From Stegostoma tigrinum (Eukaryota): a stretch of DNA of 64,000 bases. The DNA lies in the NCBI RefSeq assembly GCF_030684315.1, contig NC_081365.1, positions 39,702,985-39,766,984 of the forward strand, given 5' to 3'. Position 1 is the stretch's first letter; each line of letters opens with the position of its first letter. Shown here piece by piece: positions 50,256 to 63,816 of the stretch. A program made the position numbers and the translations under genes. Under the pieces are notes generated by a model that saw only the letters and a program-made list of their open reading frames with translations, searched no databases and was not told the DNA's origin.

Positions 50256-52854
50256 AATATTATCACTTTTTGTTTTCCTGATCAACCTGTTCATAGATGT
50301 TATTACTCACTTCTTGAGAAGGTGGGACTTGGACCCAGATCTCCCAGTCCAGAAGTGAGGACCTGTCCATTGCACCCCAAGCCCTCAACGTTAATATTAA
50401 TTGGCTAGCTCTGCAGCATGTTATCTATAGTTTGTCATTTATACTTGTTATTTTGTACAAATCAAGGCCTGAAATTCTTATGCCAACATATTTGAACATT
50501 GAAACTACAGGAAAATTGTACAGTAAATGATAAATGGGACCTTCAGTGCCCAAAGGTGTGTAGCTTTAAAAGAAATTGCTTCATTCAGTTTTACAATGTG
50601 ATAAAAACTGATTTATTTAATAATTTTCAACTGCAATCATAATATAACATTCAAGTCTATAACAGGATTAAAAAAGAAAAAAAAATGCATTTCAACGTAC
50701 ACAGTTTCAGTTCATGGACCTTCTGATTTATTATTTCAGGTCCTTATCATACCACCTTATTTCTTGCAGAATAAATTTCAACCAGTTCTCAGCTTCTTGT
50801 ATGAAATGATTGTAGAAAATTTCAAAATTTAATTCTCAAGCACAATTACTTGTCACACGTCAATACAGTTATCAATGGAGATACCACTCAAACCATGTAA
50901 AAATACTGGACTGGTATAAATAAACTTTTATCACTGGGCTAATTCCAGTCAATATCCTTGATGTCATAAAGCACTTTCATATGCAGAGTTATGTTCTGGT
51001 CCATTCAATTTCCAAAGGACTGATGAAAGTGAATAGAACAACTGATTCCCACATTATATATTATGGATGACTGGAGATGACAGTTGAATCCATTTACTAT
51101 GCCTTTGTCTGACGTTTCTCTGAACTCAAACAACAACAGACGTAGACAGAATCATTCTGTCTTTTTTTTTGTTCATTTCCATCAATAGAGCCTTGTTTTT
51201 AGTATAAACAGTGATATCAACGTCGTCATATTCCTGTCATCTTCCAGCCAGTGAAGTCATTGGAAAAATGAAGAAAGACTTTATGTAGGTTTAGTAAACA
51301 AAGGACAGCAATATAATAACATGTCACAAGGTGCCTTAATATGACTGAAAACACAGGGGAAACTGGAAGTGGGCTAATAGATATTATGGATGGGTGATGG
51401 TGAGTTTTGTGTTGAGGACTGCTGACTGTATTTTTGAGGGTGCAAGACTTGTGCTGGAGAAGGGGCAACTGTTAAAGGAAAGTATCAATGTCAAGCACCA
51501 TGAGGACTAGGAAGAGCAGTTCAATGCCAAAAAATGAATAGGGAAAGGATATCACAGGAGCAGAGTTTGGAAAGGTTTAAAAACTCCATTACCGGTGAGA
51601 GTTCAGAATTGTTTGTTAGAAAACTGAGGGGAGATGGGCACCAATGAGGAAGAAGGAAGGAAGGAAATAACAGATACAGAGGTAGAGTTGCTGAAAATAA
51701 GGCAGTCAAAGGTAAAGATGCAACAGTGGTTCAATACATTATTGTAGCAGAAATGCAAGGATGTTGAAAAACTAAGGAAGAAAAGGCAAAATAAAGTCTT
51801 GTGAATTAGAGATCGAATTCATGGAAGGAGTAGAATTATTATGTTATGTCAAGATAAGTGGCAGTGTGGATGGTAATAAAAAGATCAGACTAGGAATCAT
51901 TCTTGCTGAACAAATTATCTCATTTGCGTGTTGACAAATCTATTGCCTGTGGACAAAATAGTTTAATTGCAGGCTGTACTTAAATATAAAAAAAAATGCA
52001 TTTTATGCACCAGTGCATAACAGTTTGTTTGTGAGCCCTGAGTTGACAACAGGGAAATCAGAAGTTTAAAACAAAACTAAAATGCTGGAAATGCTGGAAT
52101 TCTGGCATGAAGGTAGAAACTGTATCCAAAACACCCCCAATTCAGATCTCCTGCATCATCCTCACCTCCCAGCCCAGTCAATACCTGACATGCTGCCTCA
52201 TCTTCCTGTGGCTGACTCAGGCCTGCTAAACTGTCATTCACGGGACCCTTACAGTTTCCAAAACCTAGTGAACAATGGCCAGAATGCATCCCAGCAGTCA
52301 GTGAAGGGATCTGAACCAACAGTCTCAGCCTCTGCCGAAGCACCGTAGAGGAACATCAGCTTTGAAATTGTAATTCACCAAGAATTTGTCTGTGGGCATT
52401 TTTCATAATGTTATGTTATTAAGCTTTTTTTTATAACACCAGATTAAAGTTATTGAAAAGCCCCACTTTCACATCTTTCCCATTATTAAATACGAAGTAC
52501 CAATTCACTCTGAAACTTGCTTCATGATGAATGTCCAGATGTTATGGAACTCAGTGAGCTGATGTACAATGGATGTATGAGTGGTTGAACAGCTGCCCAA
52601 GGAGGGGCTGAGGGGACGATTGGTCCTGTTGATGGGAGTGATTCATTTCTTATGTTTTACAGTAGGTGCATCTTTGCAATATTAGCACACTCTAGGCCCA
52701 GTATAATCAGTAGATCTCGTGAAAGGTGTCCCATTTTCAGCCCCTTAGTCTGACCTTCTCTAAGTTCCCTTCATCTGAAGAAAAGAGAAGAGTCCCTTTA
52801 TTCTCTTCCACCTGTATTCTTGTCTGGTGTCAATGTTGTGCAGGATGCGAATAC

Positions 52855-54955
52855 ATAATAGACAGTAGACAGTAGGTACTGGAGTAGGCCATTCGGCCCT
52901 TGAGCCAGCACCACCATTCATTATGATCATGGCTGATCATCCACAATCAGTATCCTGTTCCTGCCTTATCCCCATAACCCTTGATTCCACTATCTTTAAG
53001 AGCTCTATCCATCTCTTTCTTGAAAATATCCAGAGAGTTGGCCTCCACTGCCTTCTGGGGCAGAGCATTCCATATATCCACCACTCTCTGGGTGAAGAAG
53101 TTTTCCCAACTCTGTTCTAAATGGCCTACCCCTTATTTTTAAACTGTGTCCTCTGGTTCTGGACTCACCCATCAGCGGAAACATGCTTCCTGCCTCCAGA
53201 GTGTCCAATCCCTTAATAATCTTATACGTCTCAATCAGATCCCCTCTCATCCTTCTAAACTCAAGTGTATACAAGCCCAGTCGCTCCAATCTTTCAACAT
53301 ATGATGGTCCCGCCATTCATGGAATTGACCTCGTGAACCTACGCTGCACTCCCTCAATAGCAAGAATGTCCTTCCTCAAATTTGGAGACCAAAACTGGAC
53401 ACAATACTCCAGGTGTGGTCTCACCAGGGCCCTGTACAGCTGCAGAAGGACTTCTTTGCTCCTGTACTCAATTTCTCTTGTTATGAAGGCCAGCATGCTG
53501 TTAGCTTTCTTCACTGCCTGCTGTACGTGCTTGCTTTCATTGACTGATGTACAAGAACACCTAGATCTCGTTGTACTTCCCCTTTACCTAACTTGACTCC
53601 ATTGAGATAGTAATCTGCCTTCCTGTTCTTGCCACCAAAGTGTATAACCACACATTTATCCACATTAAACTGCATCTGCCATGCATCCGTCCACTCACCT
53701 CGCCCATCTAAGTCACCCTGTATTCTCATAACATCCTCCTCACATTTCACACTGCCACCCAGCTTTGTGTCATCAGCAAATTTGCTAATATTACTTCTAA
53801 CGCCTTTGTCTATATCATTAATGTATATTGTAAACTGCTGCGGTCCCAGCACCGAACCTTGTGGTACCCCACTGGTCACCGCCTGCCATTCCGAAAGGGA
53901 CCCGTTTATCACTCCTCTTTGCTTCCTGTCAGCCAGCCAATTTTCAATCCAAGTCGGTATTTTGCCCCCAATACCATTTGCCCTAATTTTGCTGACCAAT
54001 CTCCTATGCGGGACTTTATCAAAGGCTTTCTGAAAGTCCAGGTACACTACATCCACGGGTTCTTCCTTGTCCATTTTCATTGATACATCCTCAAAAAATT
54101 CCAGAAGATTAGTCAAGCACGATTTCCCCTTCGTAAATCCATGCTGACTCTGACCTATTCTGTTACTGCTATCCAAATGAGTCGTAATTTCATCTTTTAT
54201 AATTGACTCCAGCATCTTTCCCACCACTGATGTCAGGCTAACTGGTCTATAATTTCCTGTTTTTTCTCTCCCTCCTTTCTTGAAAAGTTGGACAACATTA
54301 GCCACCCTCCAGTTCGCAGTAACTGATCCTGAATCTATAGAACATTGGAAAATGATTACCAGTGCATCCATGATTTCTAGAGCCACCTCCTTAAGTACCC
54401 TGGGATGCAGACCATCAGGTCCAGGGGACTTATAAGCCTTCAGACCTAACAGTCTATCCAACACCATTTCCTGCCTAATATAAATACCCTTCAGTTCATC
54501 CATTACCCTTGGTCCTTCAGCCACTACTGCACGTGGGAGATTGCATGTGTCATCCCTAATAAAGACAGATCCAAAGTACCTATTCAACTCTTCTGTCATT
54601 TCCTTGTTCCCCATAATAAATTCACCCGTTTCTGACTTCAAGGGCCCAATTTTAGTCTTAACCATTTTTTTTCTTTTCACATACCTAAAAAAGCTTTCAC
54701 TATCCTCCTTTATATTTTTGGCCAGTTTTCCTTCGTACCTCATTTTTTTCCCTCTGTATTGCCTTTTTAGTTATCCGCTGTTGCTCTTTAAAAGCTTCCC
54801 ACTCATCTTTGCTATATTATACTTCTCTTTTATTTTTATATAGTCCTTAACTTCCCTTGTCAGCCACGGCCGCCCCTGCCTCCCCTTAAGATCTTTCTTC
54901 CTGTTTGGAATGATCTGATCCTGCACCTTCTGCATTATATCCAGAAATACCTGCA
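52855..54955 (-). mobile_element. CR1 LINE, 5'-truncated, RT region largely open
   Basis: 410-aa ORF with NYRPVSLTS, YLDFQKAFDKV, SGVPQGSVLGP and KFADD; C-terminal RPHLEYCVQFW in a shifted frame; short-repeat 3' end (gacagta)2. Confidence 0.95.
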
Positions 54956-56337
54956 CTCACTGGAGAGTCATGAAAGGCACCTCTAGCAATGTTTGAGAAT
55001 TCATGGCTTTTAGCAACTATCTCCTAGGTGGCTGTGTTGGTGTGGTCTGCCCTCTCCATATTTGGGTTAGTGATGTCCTTGTAGCAGAAATATGGATCTC
55101 CACATGTTCAAAGCCCAGTAGTTAGCTCACCGTGCAGAGGGTTTTTGAGTAAACAGCTATCATCCATCTAATTAATGTAATCAAGCTGTCAGATATCATT
55201 GACTTAATAATGAATGTTTGTGGATAGAATTAGCTGCTCCCAAGAGATCAAAGTTGTATCCACATAAGAACCTTGTAAAGTATTTGTCATTAGGAAACAG
55301 CAGCTGGAAGTGTGAGAGTTTATTCAAATGGAACAACTTCATTGGTCAGTTTCCTTGACTCTGAGGAACTGCAAGTTTTATATTTATAGACGAATAAGGT
55401 GTTTTTACAGACATCCAAGAACTCCTGAGGATGTCTATTGAATGAACAACTGCAATAATTGAATTCCTGACTGCAGTCCCATGATTTCTCACTGGATTCA
55501 AAAAAATCCTCCATTAATCTTGGGAGTGGGCATGTTGTAACTAAATGTCAATGGTTTTAACTGCCACCTGCCACCAACTTACCCACTCTAGAGGTTAAAA
55601 TTCCACCCACTGAGGTTATGAAATTGAATGGTTCAGCAGGCTCGCAGGTGGAATTAGGTGATGCTTCAGAAGTGAAATTAGCTTTTGTATTAATGAATTC
55701 ATTGTGAAGTTTAAATTTCACTTTGTGGTGAAGCAGAACATCATATCGGAAAAATGCTGAGAAAATTAGTGACTTGCCCATACAAGGAACAGAAAACACT
55801 ATCCTGCTAAAGATGTTCTATAAGAAACAATAAATATTGTACTGTAAAAGTAGTGACAAACTCATACCTCTGTGAATTTTAGGTTAGTCGATTTTGTTGT
55901 TGAGTTTGACCGTGTTAGAAATTTCATGATGATATTGTCTCCCTGACAGTACTTGCCTGATTCCACTGATTAATCACGTCTCGATGTCATTGTCAGAATC
56001 AGATTAGCAGAATCAGAATCTGTGTTAACAGCAGCCATTGTCCAGAACAATAGATGCAGATATGGTGCCTACAATCCACATCCAGTACACATAGCAGGTA
56101 TTGGCTGGAAGAATGGAACAAAACAAACTTAACTGTTTGAGAACATCAAGATCATCCTTTTCCTTTAGTAATATTCACTACTTAACATATATCATCAAGT
56201 ATCTATTACTTCATGTCTAGAAGTTGTACGAGAATGAATTTGGTTCAATGTATAACTTGCCCATCATTGATATGATGCAGAAAAATGTCAAAGAACAGAG
56301 TCTCTTAATGCAGAACTACAACAATATCTCTCAAAAA

Positions 56338-57933
56338 CAAGATAATAAAATGTGAGGCTGGATGAACACAGCAGGCCCAGCAGCATCTCAGGAGCACAAA
56401 AGCTGACGTTTCGGGCCTAGACCCTTCATCAGAGAGGGGGATGGGGAGAGGGTTCTGGAATAAATAGGGAGACAGGGGGAGGCAGACCGAAGATGGAGAG
56501 AAAAGAAGATAGGTGGAGAAGAGAGTATACGTGGGGAGGTAGGGAGGGGATAGGTCAGTCCAGGGAAGACGGACAGGTCAAGGAGGTGGGATGAGGTTAG
56601 TAGGTAGGAGATGGAGGTGCGGCTTGGGGTGGGAGGAAGGGATGGGTGAGAGGAAGACCAGGTTAGGGAGGCAGAGACAGGTTGGACTGGTTTTGGGATG
56701 CAGTGGGTGGAGGGGAAGAGCTGGGCTGGTTGTGTGGTACAGTGGCGGGAGGGGACGAACTGGGCTGGTTTTGGGATGCGGTGGGGGAAGGGGAGATTTT
56801 GAAGCTGGTGAAGTCCACATTGATACCATTGGGCTGCAGGGTTCCCAAGCGGAATATGAGTTGCTGTTCCTACAACCTTCGGGTGGCATCATTGTGGCAC
56901 TGCAGGAGGCCCATGATGGACATGTCATCTAATGAATGGGAGGGGGAGTGGAAATGGTTTGCGACTGGGAGGTGCAGTTGTTTATTGCGAACCGAGCGGA
57001 GGTGTTCTGCAAAGCGGTCCCCAAGCCTCCACTTGGTTTCCCAATGTAGAGGAAGCCACACCGGGTACAGTGGATGCAGTATACCACATTGGCAGATGTG
57101 CAGGTGAACCTCTGCTTAATGTGGAATGTCATCTTGGGGCCTGGGATAGGGGTGAGGGAGGAGGTGTGGGAGCAAGTGTAGCATTTCCTGCGGTTGCAGG
57201 GGAAGGTGCCGGGTGTGGTGGGGTTGGAGGGCAGGTGGAGCGAACAAGGGAGTCACGGAGAGAGTGGTCTCTCCGGAAAGCAGACAGGGGTGAGGATGGA
57301 AAAATGTCTTGGGTGGTGGGGTCGGATTGTAGATGGCGGAAGTGTCGGAGGATGATTTGTTGTATCCGGAGGTTGGTGGGGTGGTGTGTGAGAACGAGGG
57401 GGATCCTCTTTTGGCGGTTGTGGCGGGGGCGGGGTGTGAGGGATGTGTTGCGGGAAATGCGGGAGACGCGGTCAAGGGCATTTTCGACCACTGTGGGGGG
57501 AAAGTTGCGGTCCTTGAAGAACTTGGACATCTGGGATGTGCGGGAGTGGAATGCCTCATTGTGGGAGCAGCTGCAGCGGAGGCAGAGGAATTAGGAATAG
57601 GGGATGGAATTTTTGCAGGAGGGTGGGTGGGAGGAGGTGTATTCTAGGTAGCTGTCGGAGTCCGTGGGCTTGAAATGGACATCAGTTACAAGCTGGTTGC
57701 CTGAGATGGAGACTGAGAGATCCAGGAATGTGAGGGATGTGCTGGAGATGGCCCAGGTGAACTGAAGGTTGGGGTGTAAGGTGTTGGTGAAGTGGATGGA
57801 CTGTTCGAGCTCCTCTGGGGAGCAAGAGGCTGCGCCGATACAGTCATCAATGTAACGGAGGAAGAGGTGGGGTTTGGGGCCTGTGTAGGTGCGGAAGAGG
57901 GACTGTTCCACATAACCTACAAAGAGGCAGGCA
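56338..57933 (-). mobile_element. Penelope-like element, 5'-truncated (RT from YIDD motif, GIY-YIG endonuclease, 3' terminus)
   Basis: FLRYIDDCIG..LTFLDLSV..HFKPTD..SIPYS, then the GIY-YIG region, with stops and frameshifts. Intact hammerhead at 56405-56432. Confidence 0.92.
56405..56432 (-). ncRNA. Minimal type-I hammerhead ribozyme motif
   Basis: CUGAUGA-A-GGGUCUAGGCCC-GAAA-CGUC. Confidence 0.75.
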
Positions 57934-58782
57934 TCTTGGGTTTACATGAAAGCAGGTTGCATGAATCATTTGTATCGCTGTAAAAATAATTATAAAATCG
58001 ATGGCTGAGCAATTGGAAACATGCTTGAATCAGGATCTTAAGGGATCATTTAACTGTGTTTAAAACATTTTCTAACACTCCCTAAGCTTTTGACTGAATG
58101 CCACATTGCATTACACATGCAGGACTACGCAGGAAAAGGTTACTGTGCTACCTGTAAAGGAGCTCAGTTCTGAAACTTAATCATATAACATCTAAACAAT
58201 TTTCTAAAACTGGGAGGGTGAGTAACCAAGGTGCTTCTAAAATAACAGTGTCTTTATTTTTTTAAGGATTGCACAATGGTGAGATCTGTCTGTTACTCAT
58301 ACAGTTGACAACAAGTAAACCAGAGAGAACAAAATCAAGCATCGAAACAACCATCTCTTTTAAAAGGCAGCCTTAGGGAGAGCACTCTTGCTTTGACTGC
58401 TGCACAGAAACATGTTAGTCCTACGAGAAGGAATTTTTTTCACACACAGCTGCCAACTTCCCAGCAATACATTTGGGGACTGCTTTCCTAAAAGTTATTT
58501 AGAGATACAGGTACAGTTACAACATTTAAAAGACACTTGCATAAGTTCATGAATAGGAAAGGTTTAGAGGTACATGGGCAGGATTAGTTTAGTTTTGCAT
58601 TGTGTTGTGCATAGACTAGTTGGAGCAGTGTCTGATTCCACGATGTTTGACTCTTTTACTGTACAGCTGTTTGTTGGAAAGATGATTTAACCCACTGATG
58701 TCATTCGAAAACTGGACTCAATCACTGGACTGGCAAATATTTCACCTCTGTGTTGCCTAGAACATTTGTGGAATAGCAGTAT

Positions 58783-59079
58783 AGAATCTCTGCAGTGTGG
58801 AAACATTCCCTTTGGCCCAAAAGGCCCACACTGATCCTCAGAGCACACTACCCAGACCCATTACCCTTGCGCTGTAACCCATCTATACATTCCTGAGCAC
58901 TATGGGCAATTTAGCATGGCCAATTCACCTATCTTGCATATCTTTGGACTGTGGGAGGAAACCCACACAGACGGGAGAATGTCCAAACTCCACACAGACA
59001 GGCACCCGAGGGCGGAAATGAACCCTAGTTGCTCGTGCTGTGAGGCAGTAGTGTTAACCACTGAGCCACCATGACACCC
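58783..59079 (-). mobile_element. HE1-like V-SINE, full length
   Basis: tRNA-like head GGTGGCTCAGTGGTTAACACTACTGCCTCACAGC, V-domain-like core, CR1-like tail. Confidence 0.85.
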
Positions 59080-59285
59080 AGACATATTACAGCTTGCAAG
59101 TCAAAAGAGTGGAGCAATACATTGTTGTTATAAATGTTTGTGGAAGAATAACAATTGTATTTGTAGATGAGAATTAAAAGATTTCATAAAGGACAAGAAC
59201 AGATTAATCTGTCAATACGAAAACCAAAGGTCTCTTGAAAATATTTACACAAATGAGTTCAAAGCTGTGTACCTTCTACTACAGT

Positions 59286-60268
59286 TAATAGGATATGCAG
59301 ATGCTGGAGAATCCGAGATAACAAGGTGTAGAGCTGGATGAACACAGCAGGCCAAGCAGCATCTTAGGAGCAGGAAAGCTGATGTTTTGGGCCTAGACCT
59401 TTCATCAGAAATGGGGGAGGGGAAGGGGGCTCTGAAATAAATAGGGAGAGAGGGGGAGGCTGATCGAAGATGGATAGAGGAGAAAATAGGTGGAGAGGAG
59501 ACAGACAAGTTAAAGAGGTGAGGATGGAACCACTAAAGGTGAGTGTAGCTGGGGAGGTAGGGAGGAGATAGGTCAGTCCAGGGAGGACGGACAGGTCAAG
59601 GGGGCAGGATGAGGTTAGTAGGTAGGAAATGGGGGTGTGGCTTGAAGTGGGGGAAAGGAATAGGTGAGAGGAAGAACAGGAGGGACCACTCTCTCCGTGA
59701 CTCCCTTGTCTGCTTCACACTCCCCTCCAGCTCCACCAAACCCAGCACTTTTCCCTGCAACTGCAGGAAGTGCTGCACCTGCCCCCACACCTCCTCCCTC
59801 ACCCCCATCCCAGGCCCCAAGATGACCTTCAACATCAAACAGAGGTTCACCTGCACATCTGCTAATGTGGTATACAGCATCCGCTGTACCCGGTGTGGCC
59901 TCCTATACATCAGGGAAACCAAGCAGAGGCTTGGGGACCGCTTTGCAGAACACCTCTGCTCGGTTCGCAATAAATGACAGCACCTCCCAGTCGCAAACCA
60001 TTTCAACTCCCCCTCCCATTCTTTAGATGACATGTCCATCATGGGCCTCCTGCAGTGCCACAATGACGCCACCCAAAGGTTGCAGGAACAGCAACTCATA
60101 TTCCGCTTGGGAACCCTGCAGCCCAATGGTATCAATGTGGACTTCACAAGCTTCAAAATCTCCCCTCCCCCCACTGCATCCCAAAACCAGCCCAGCTGGT
60201 CCCCGCCTCCCTAACCTGTTCTTCCTCTCACCTATCCCGTCCTCCCACCTCAAGCCGCACCCCATTTT
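59286..60268. mobile_element. Rearranged PLE: inverted 3' terminus (59286-59678, -) joined to a GIY-YIG segment (59679-60268, +)
   Basis: ORF 59609-59977 contains CNCRKCCTC..NVVYSIRCTRCGLLYI.ETK. 59625-59678 is the reverse complement of ~60215-60268. Hammerhead decayed. Confidence 0.85.
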
Positions 60269-60849
60269 GATGGTCACAGGGAAAATAAGATATCACACTG
60301 ACTACCAAGTGAATCTCACCAAAGCCAGTTCAAAAACTTGTCATTAGAGCCAGCAATCCATAAGAGGAATGATATGGCATTGTATGATAAAAAGAGGATA
60401 ACTAATTAAATCAGAGAAGAGAAAAATCTCGTGACCATTTTCTCGGAAAATTAAAACGTTATACAATTCATTTCCTTGCATTTTTTTGCTGGAATAACTA
60501 AATCACGCAGTTTGATTAAATCTAGCTCCCTACCCTGCCCTGATGCCTTCATGCCTTTCTGTGGCTCAAGTTTGCAAAGGCAGTCTCGATTGTATCAGTT
60601 TCCTGTGAATGTAATTTGGAATATTGGGACCTTCACTCTTTATTATATTCCTGTTGGACGATGTGGAACAAAAAAAAATCAAAAGGAAACATGCTGGAGC
60701 AAACAGCATAAATAGTACTGAAAATAGTTTCCATCGACTGAAAAAGCATGGTTATCTGTTCATCTTGTCACAATCCCATGCAGGAAGCCATCGTACAAAG
60801 GTGCATGCTGTACTGCATAGCACTGCACTAGGCCAATGCAAAGAGTCAA

Positions 60850-61285
60850 AATAAAAGGGGTTTCAGTTCTACTGTAGCTTTCACAGCCTCAAGACCTTAC
60901 ACTTAACAAGATATTTCTAAAGTGTGGTTACTGTCATAAGACAGAAAACACAGCAGCCAATTTGCACATTGTAAGCCCCACAAACAGTATTAAGGTAACC
61001 AGATAATTTGTTTCTTGCAATGTTAGTTGAAGACTAACTATTGGTTTGGAAACTGCAAGGAATTTCCTGCTGCTCTTAGATCCAGAACCATGTAATGTCT
61101 TACATCTGCCTGAGATAGCAGGCAAGCCCTCAATTTAACACCATGTCTTTAAAGTAGTGCTTCAACAGTGCAGCACTCCTCAATCCGAACTGGACAGTCA
61201 GGCGAAATTTTGAACTCAAGTGTCTGGCGTGGAACTTGAAACCCATAAACTCTGAATCAGAATGGTATCACTGAACCACAGCAGG
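60850..61285 (-). mobile_element. Deu-domain-type SINE (SacSINE1-like)
   Basis: ctgtttgtggggcttacaatgtgcaaattggctgctg core and tRNA-like head on minus; family call from memory. Confidence 0.6.
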
Positions 61286-63122
61286 CATCAGAAACATACT
61301 GACTGATAGTAATTTAAGAATGCTACTCTTGCTAAATTGTGTTGCACATGAACATCATCTGAATCTTGATCTGAAACACGCTCCAATCTGTATTTGACAT
61401 AGACAGTGTATTAATTGAATAGTGAAAATGTGTTTTGCTAAAAATAATTTACAAGTATTTCACTCAACCAAACACTTGCCTGAACAGGAATATGGCAGTA
61501 AAGGAGAAAATTCACTTGAGCTTGTTTTATCATCCATCAGAATCTGGCCAATTGGTACCTCAAATGAATGTATCTGTCTTTGCTCTATATCCTTTGATGC
61601 ACTAACAAAATAAGTATCTGCTGATCTCAGTGAACATGTCAATTAATCCAGCATTTTGGAGAACAATTTCCAGATTTTCATGAACATTTCTGAGAAAAAT
61701 TACATCCTGATTTCCTTCATAACATGGTTCTAATTTAAAGATTACGCTCCGTTATTCTGCATTTCTCCACCAGACCAATTATTCCTCAGTTTACTCTATC
61801 AATTCTGTAATCATTTAAAATATTTCAAATAGACCATCTTCAATCTTTTAAGTTCAAGGAAGTATGTGTAGTCCGTCCACAATATTTGATCCTTTGAATC
61901 TCGGGAAAAAGTTGTACTGGTCCCATTAGAGACCAAATAGAGGGAAGACTAAAATAGTTGGCCAGTGAGGAGGGCACCCAGATATTCTGCCTTTGTTCCC
62001 AACCACAGTCATTTTCATAAGGGCAGAAGAGCAGATTCCAGAATCTACAACGGACCCGGGTCTATGAAGGAAACAGTGACAACATGACAGTCAATCGAGA
62101 TAAGTTTTTAATTTATTTTAAAGGAAGAGCTGAACTTTAGAAGCTGTTCATTTTTGAACCATGGATTGGAGGTGGCAAGAGTTTAACAGAGAAGTAAAAT
62201 GGTTTTACCTTCTTCATAGTTCATCAGAGTATGTTGTAGCCTGCGTTATATCAGTGTTCGGTAAGCTGAATTATGACAGTGCTGTGATGGAAGATATAAT
62301 TAGCCATTACCAGATTGCTACTTCTGCCAACTGGCGAGCCGTCAAGTAAAAGGTCAACATTGTTAATGTGGAAAAATCTTTAGATGAGTTAAGAATGTGA
62401 GTCTGATGGATTAAGTAGTGGAGTCAGTTTCTTGAGAGGGTGGTTAAGTATGATAACCTAGTATGAATGTTCCATGTTTTCCTCGTACCCTTATGTATCT
62501 ATTCAGACAGTGGTTCTGAAGCCTGTTTGTTTACTTGAGTGGGGTGGGGCTGTGTGCTCTTGCCTGCAGTCTAACTCCATACTCACCTCTCAAGTGACTG
62601 ACATTGTTTACCCAATTGGTTTGAAAAGTCTGTTTGGGAACTTGAATTTATTTTCATGTTATTGAATGGCTTCCTATTTTTGTAACAGAGCTTGTGTGAG
62701 TTCTGATCATAAAGTGGGTAATGGGTAAAGGGTGAAAACATTGAGGGGGGGATGTTAAGATGACAGGTGTGAAGGGACAAGATTAAGGAGGATTACAGGG
62801 GTTAGAACATTCAACTGTATACAGCTGAGCTGCTGATTGCTAAAGAGGCACAGAGCCAAGGCTGTTTAGGAACGGATGAAGGCCTTTTAATCTGCCCATT
62901 TTAGATTTACCCACAGCAGGACTGCATCTAGGCCTTTCAGGGCATGCGCTCCCAGGTGCCTGCAGTCTCAAGATGGAGGCAAGAGTGTGATGACGGGATT
63001 CATCACACCTCCTGATTCTTGCCATTAAAATTATAGCACTTGGTGTTAAAATTCCAGTGAGCATGTGCACGGGGCCTTTAAAGAAGAATCAAGTCTATGA
63101 AAATAGAATGAGATTAAGGCAG

Positions 63123-63503
63123 TCCAACCTGTCTCTGCCTCCCTAACCTGTTCTTCCTCTCACCCATCCCTTCCTCCCACCCCAAGCCGCACCTCCATCT
63201 CCTACCTACTAACCTCATCCCACCTCCTTGACCTGTCCGTCTTCCCTGGACTGACCTATCCCCTCCCTACCTCCTCACCTATACTCTCCTCTCCACCTAT
63301 CTTCTTTTCTTTCCATCTTTGGTCCGCCTCCCCCTCTCTCCCTATTTATTCCAGAACCCTCACCCCATCCCCCTCTCTGATGAAGGGTCTAGGCCCGAAA
63401 CGTCAGCTTTTGTGCTCCTGAGATGCTGCTTGGCCTTCTGTGTTCATCCAGCCTCACAATTCATTATCTTGAATTCTCCAGCATCTGCAGTTCCCATTAT
63501 CAC
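63123..63503 (+). mobile_element. Solo PLE 3' terminus with tail
   Basis: Perfect 14-bp TSD tgagattaaggcag at 63109-63122 and 63504-63517. Confidence 0.9.
63377..63404 (+). ncRNA. Minimal type-I hammerhead ribozyme motif
   Basis: CUGAUGA-A-GGGUCUAGGCCC-GAAA-CGUC. Confidence 0.75.
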
Positions 63504-63816
63504 TGAGATTAAGGCAGGACTGGATTGATTGCACTTTCAGAGTATTCATTTATCAGCTTGACATGTGTCTTTGATTTGATTCAATTCCATTCTAAAGTCT
63601 TCTTTTTAAAAAATCAAAATTTAAACATAAATTTATTTTATGAGATTATTTTGCTAACAAAATGTAAAAAAATAACTTAATCAGCAAATACAAAATTAAG
63701 TGTTTGAAATGTTCACAATTCCATGCTGGAATTGCTCCAACAATTTAGCATTGCATTTATAATTCTGGTTTTTGTCCCACCTTCACCTTTTTCAAAACAA
63801 TACTGTTATACACAAA

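Noticed and set aside
52077-52348. 88-aa ORFs on both strands upstream of PTGFRN
   Set aside because: No recognisable domain or splice pattern; cannot be supported as a gene.
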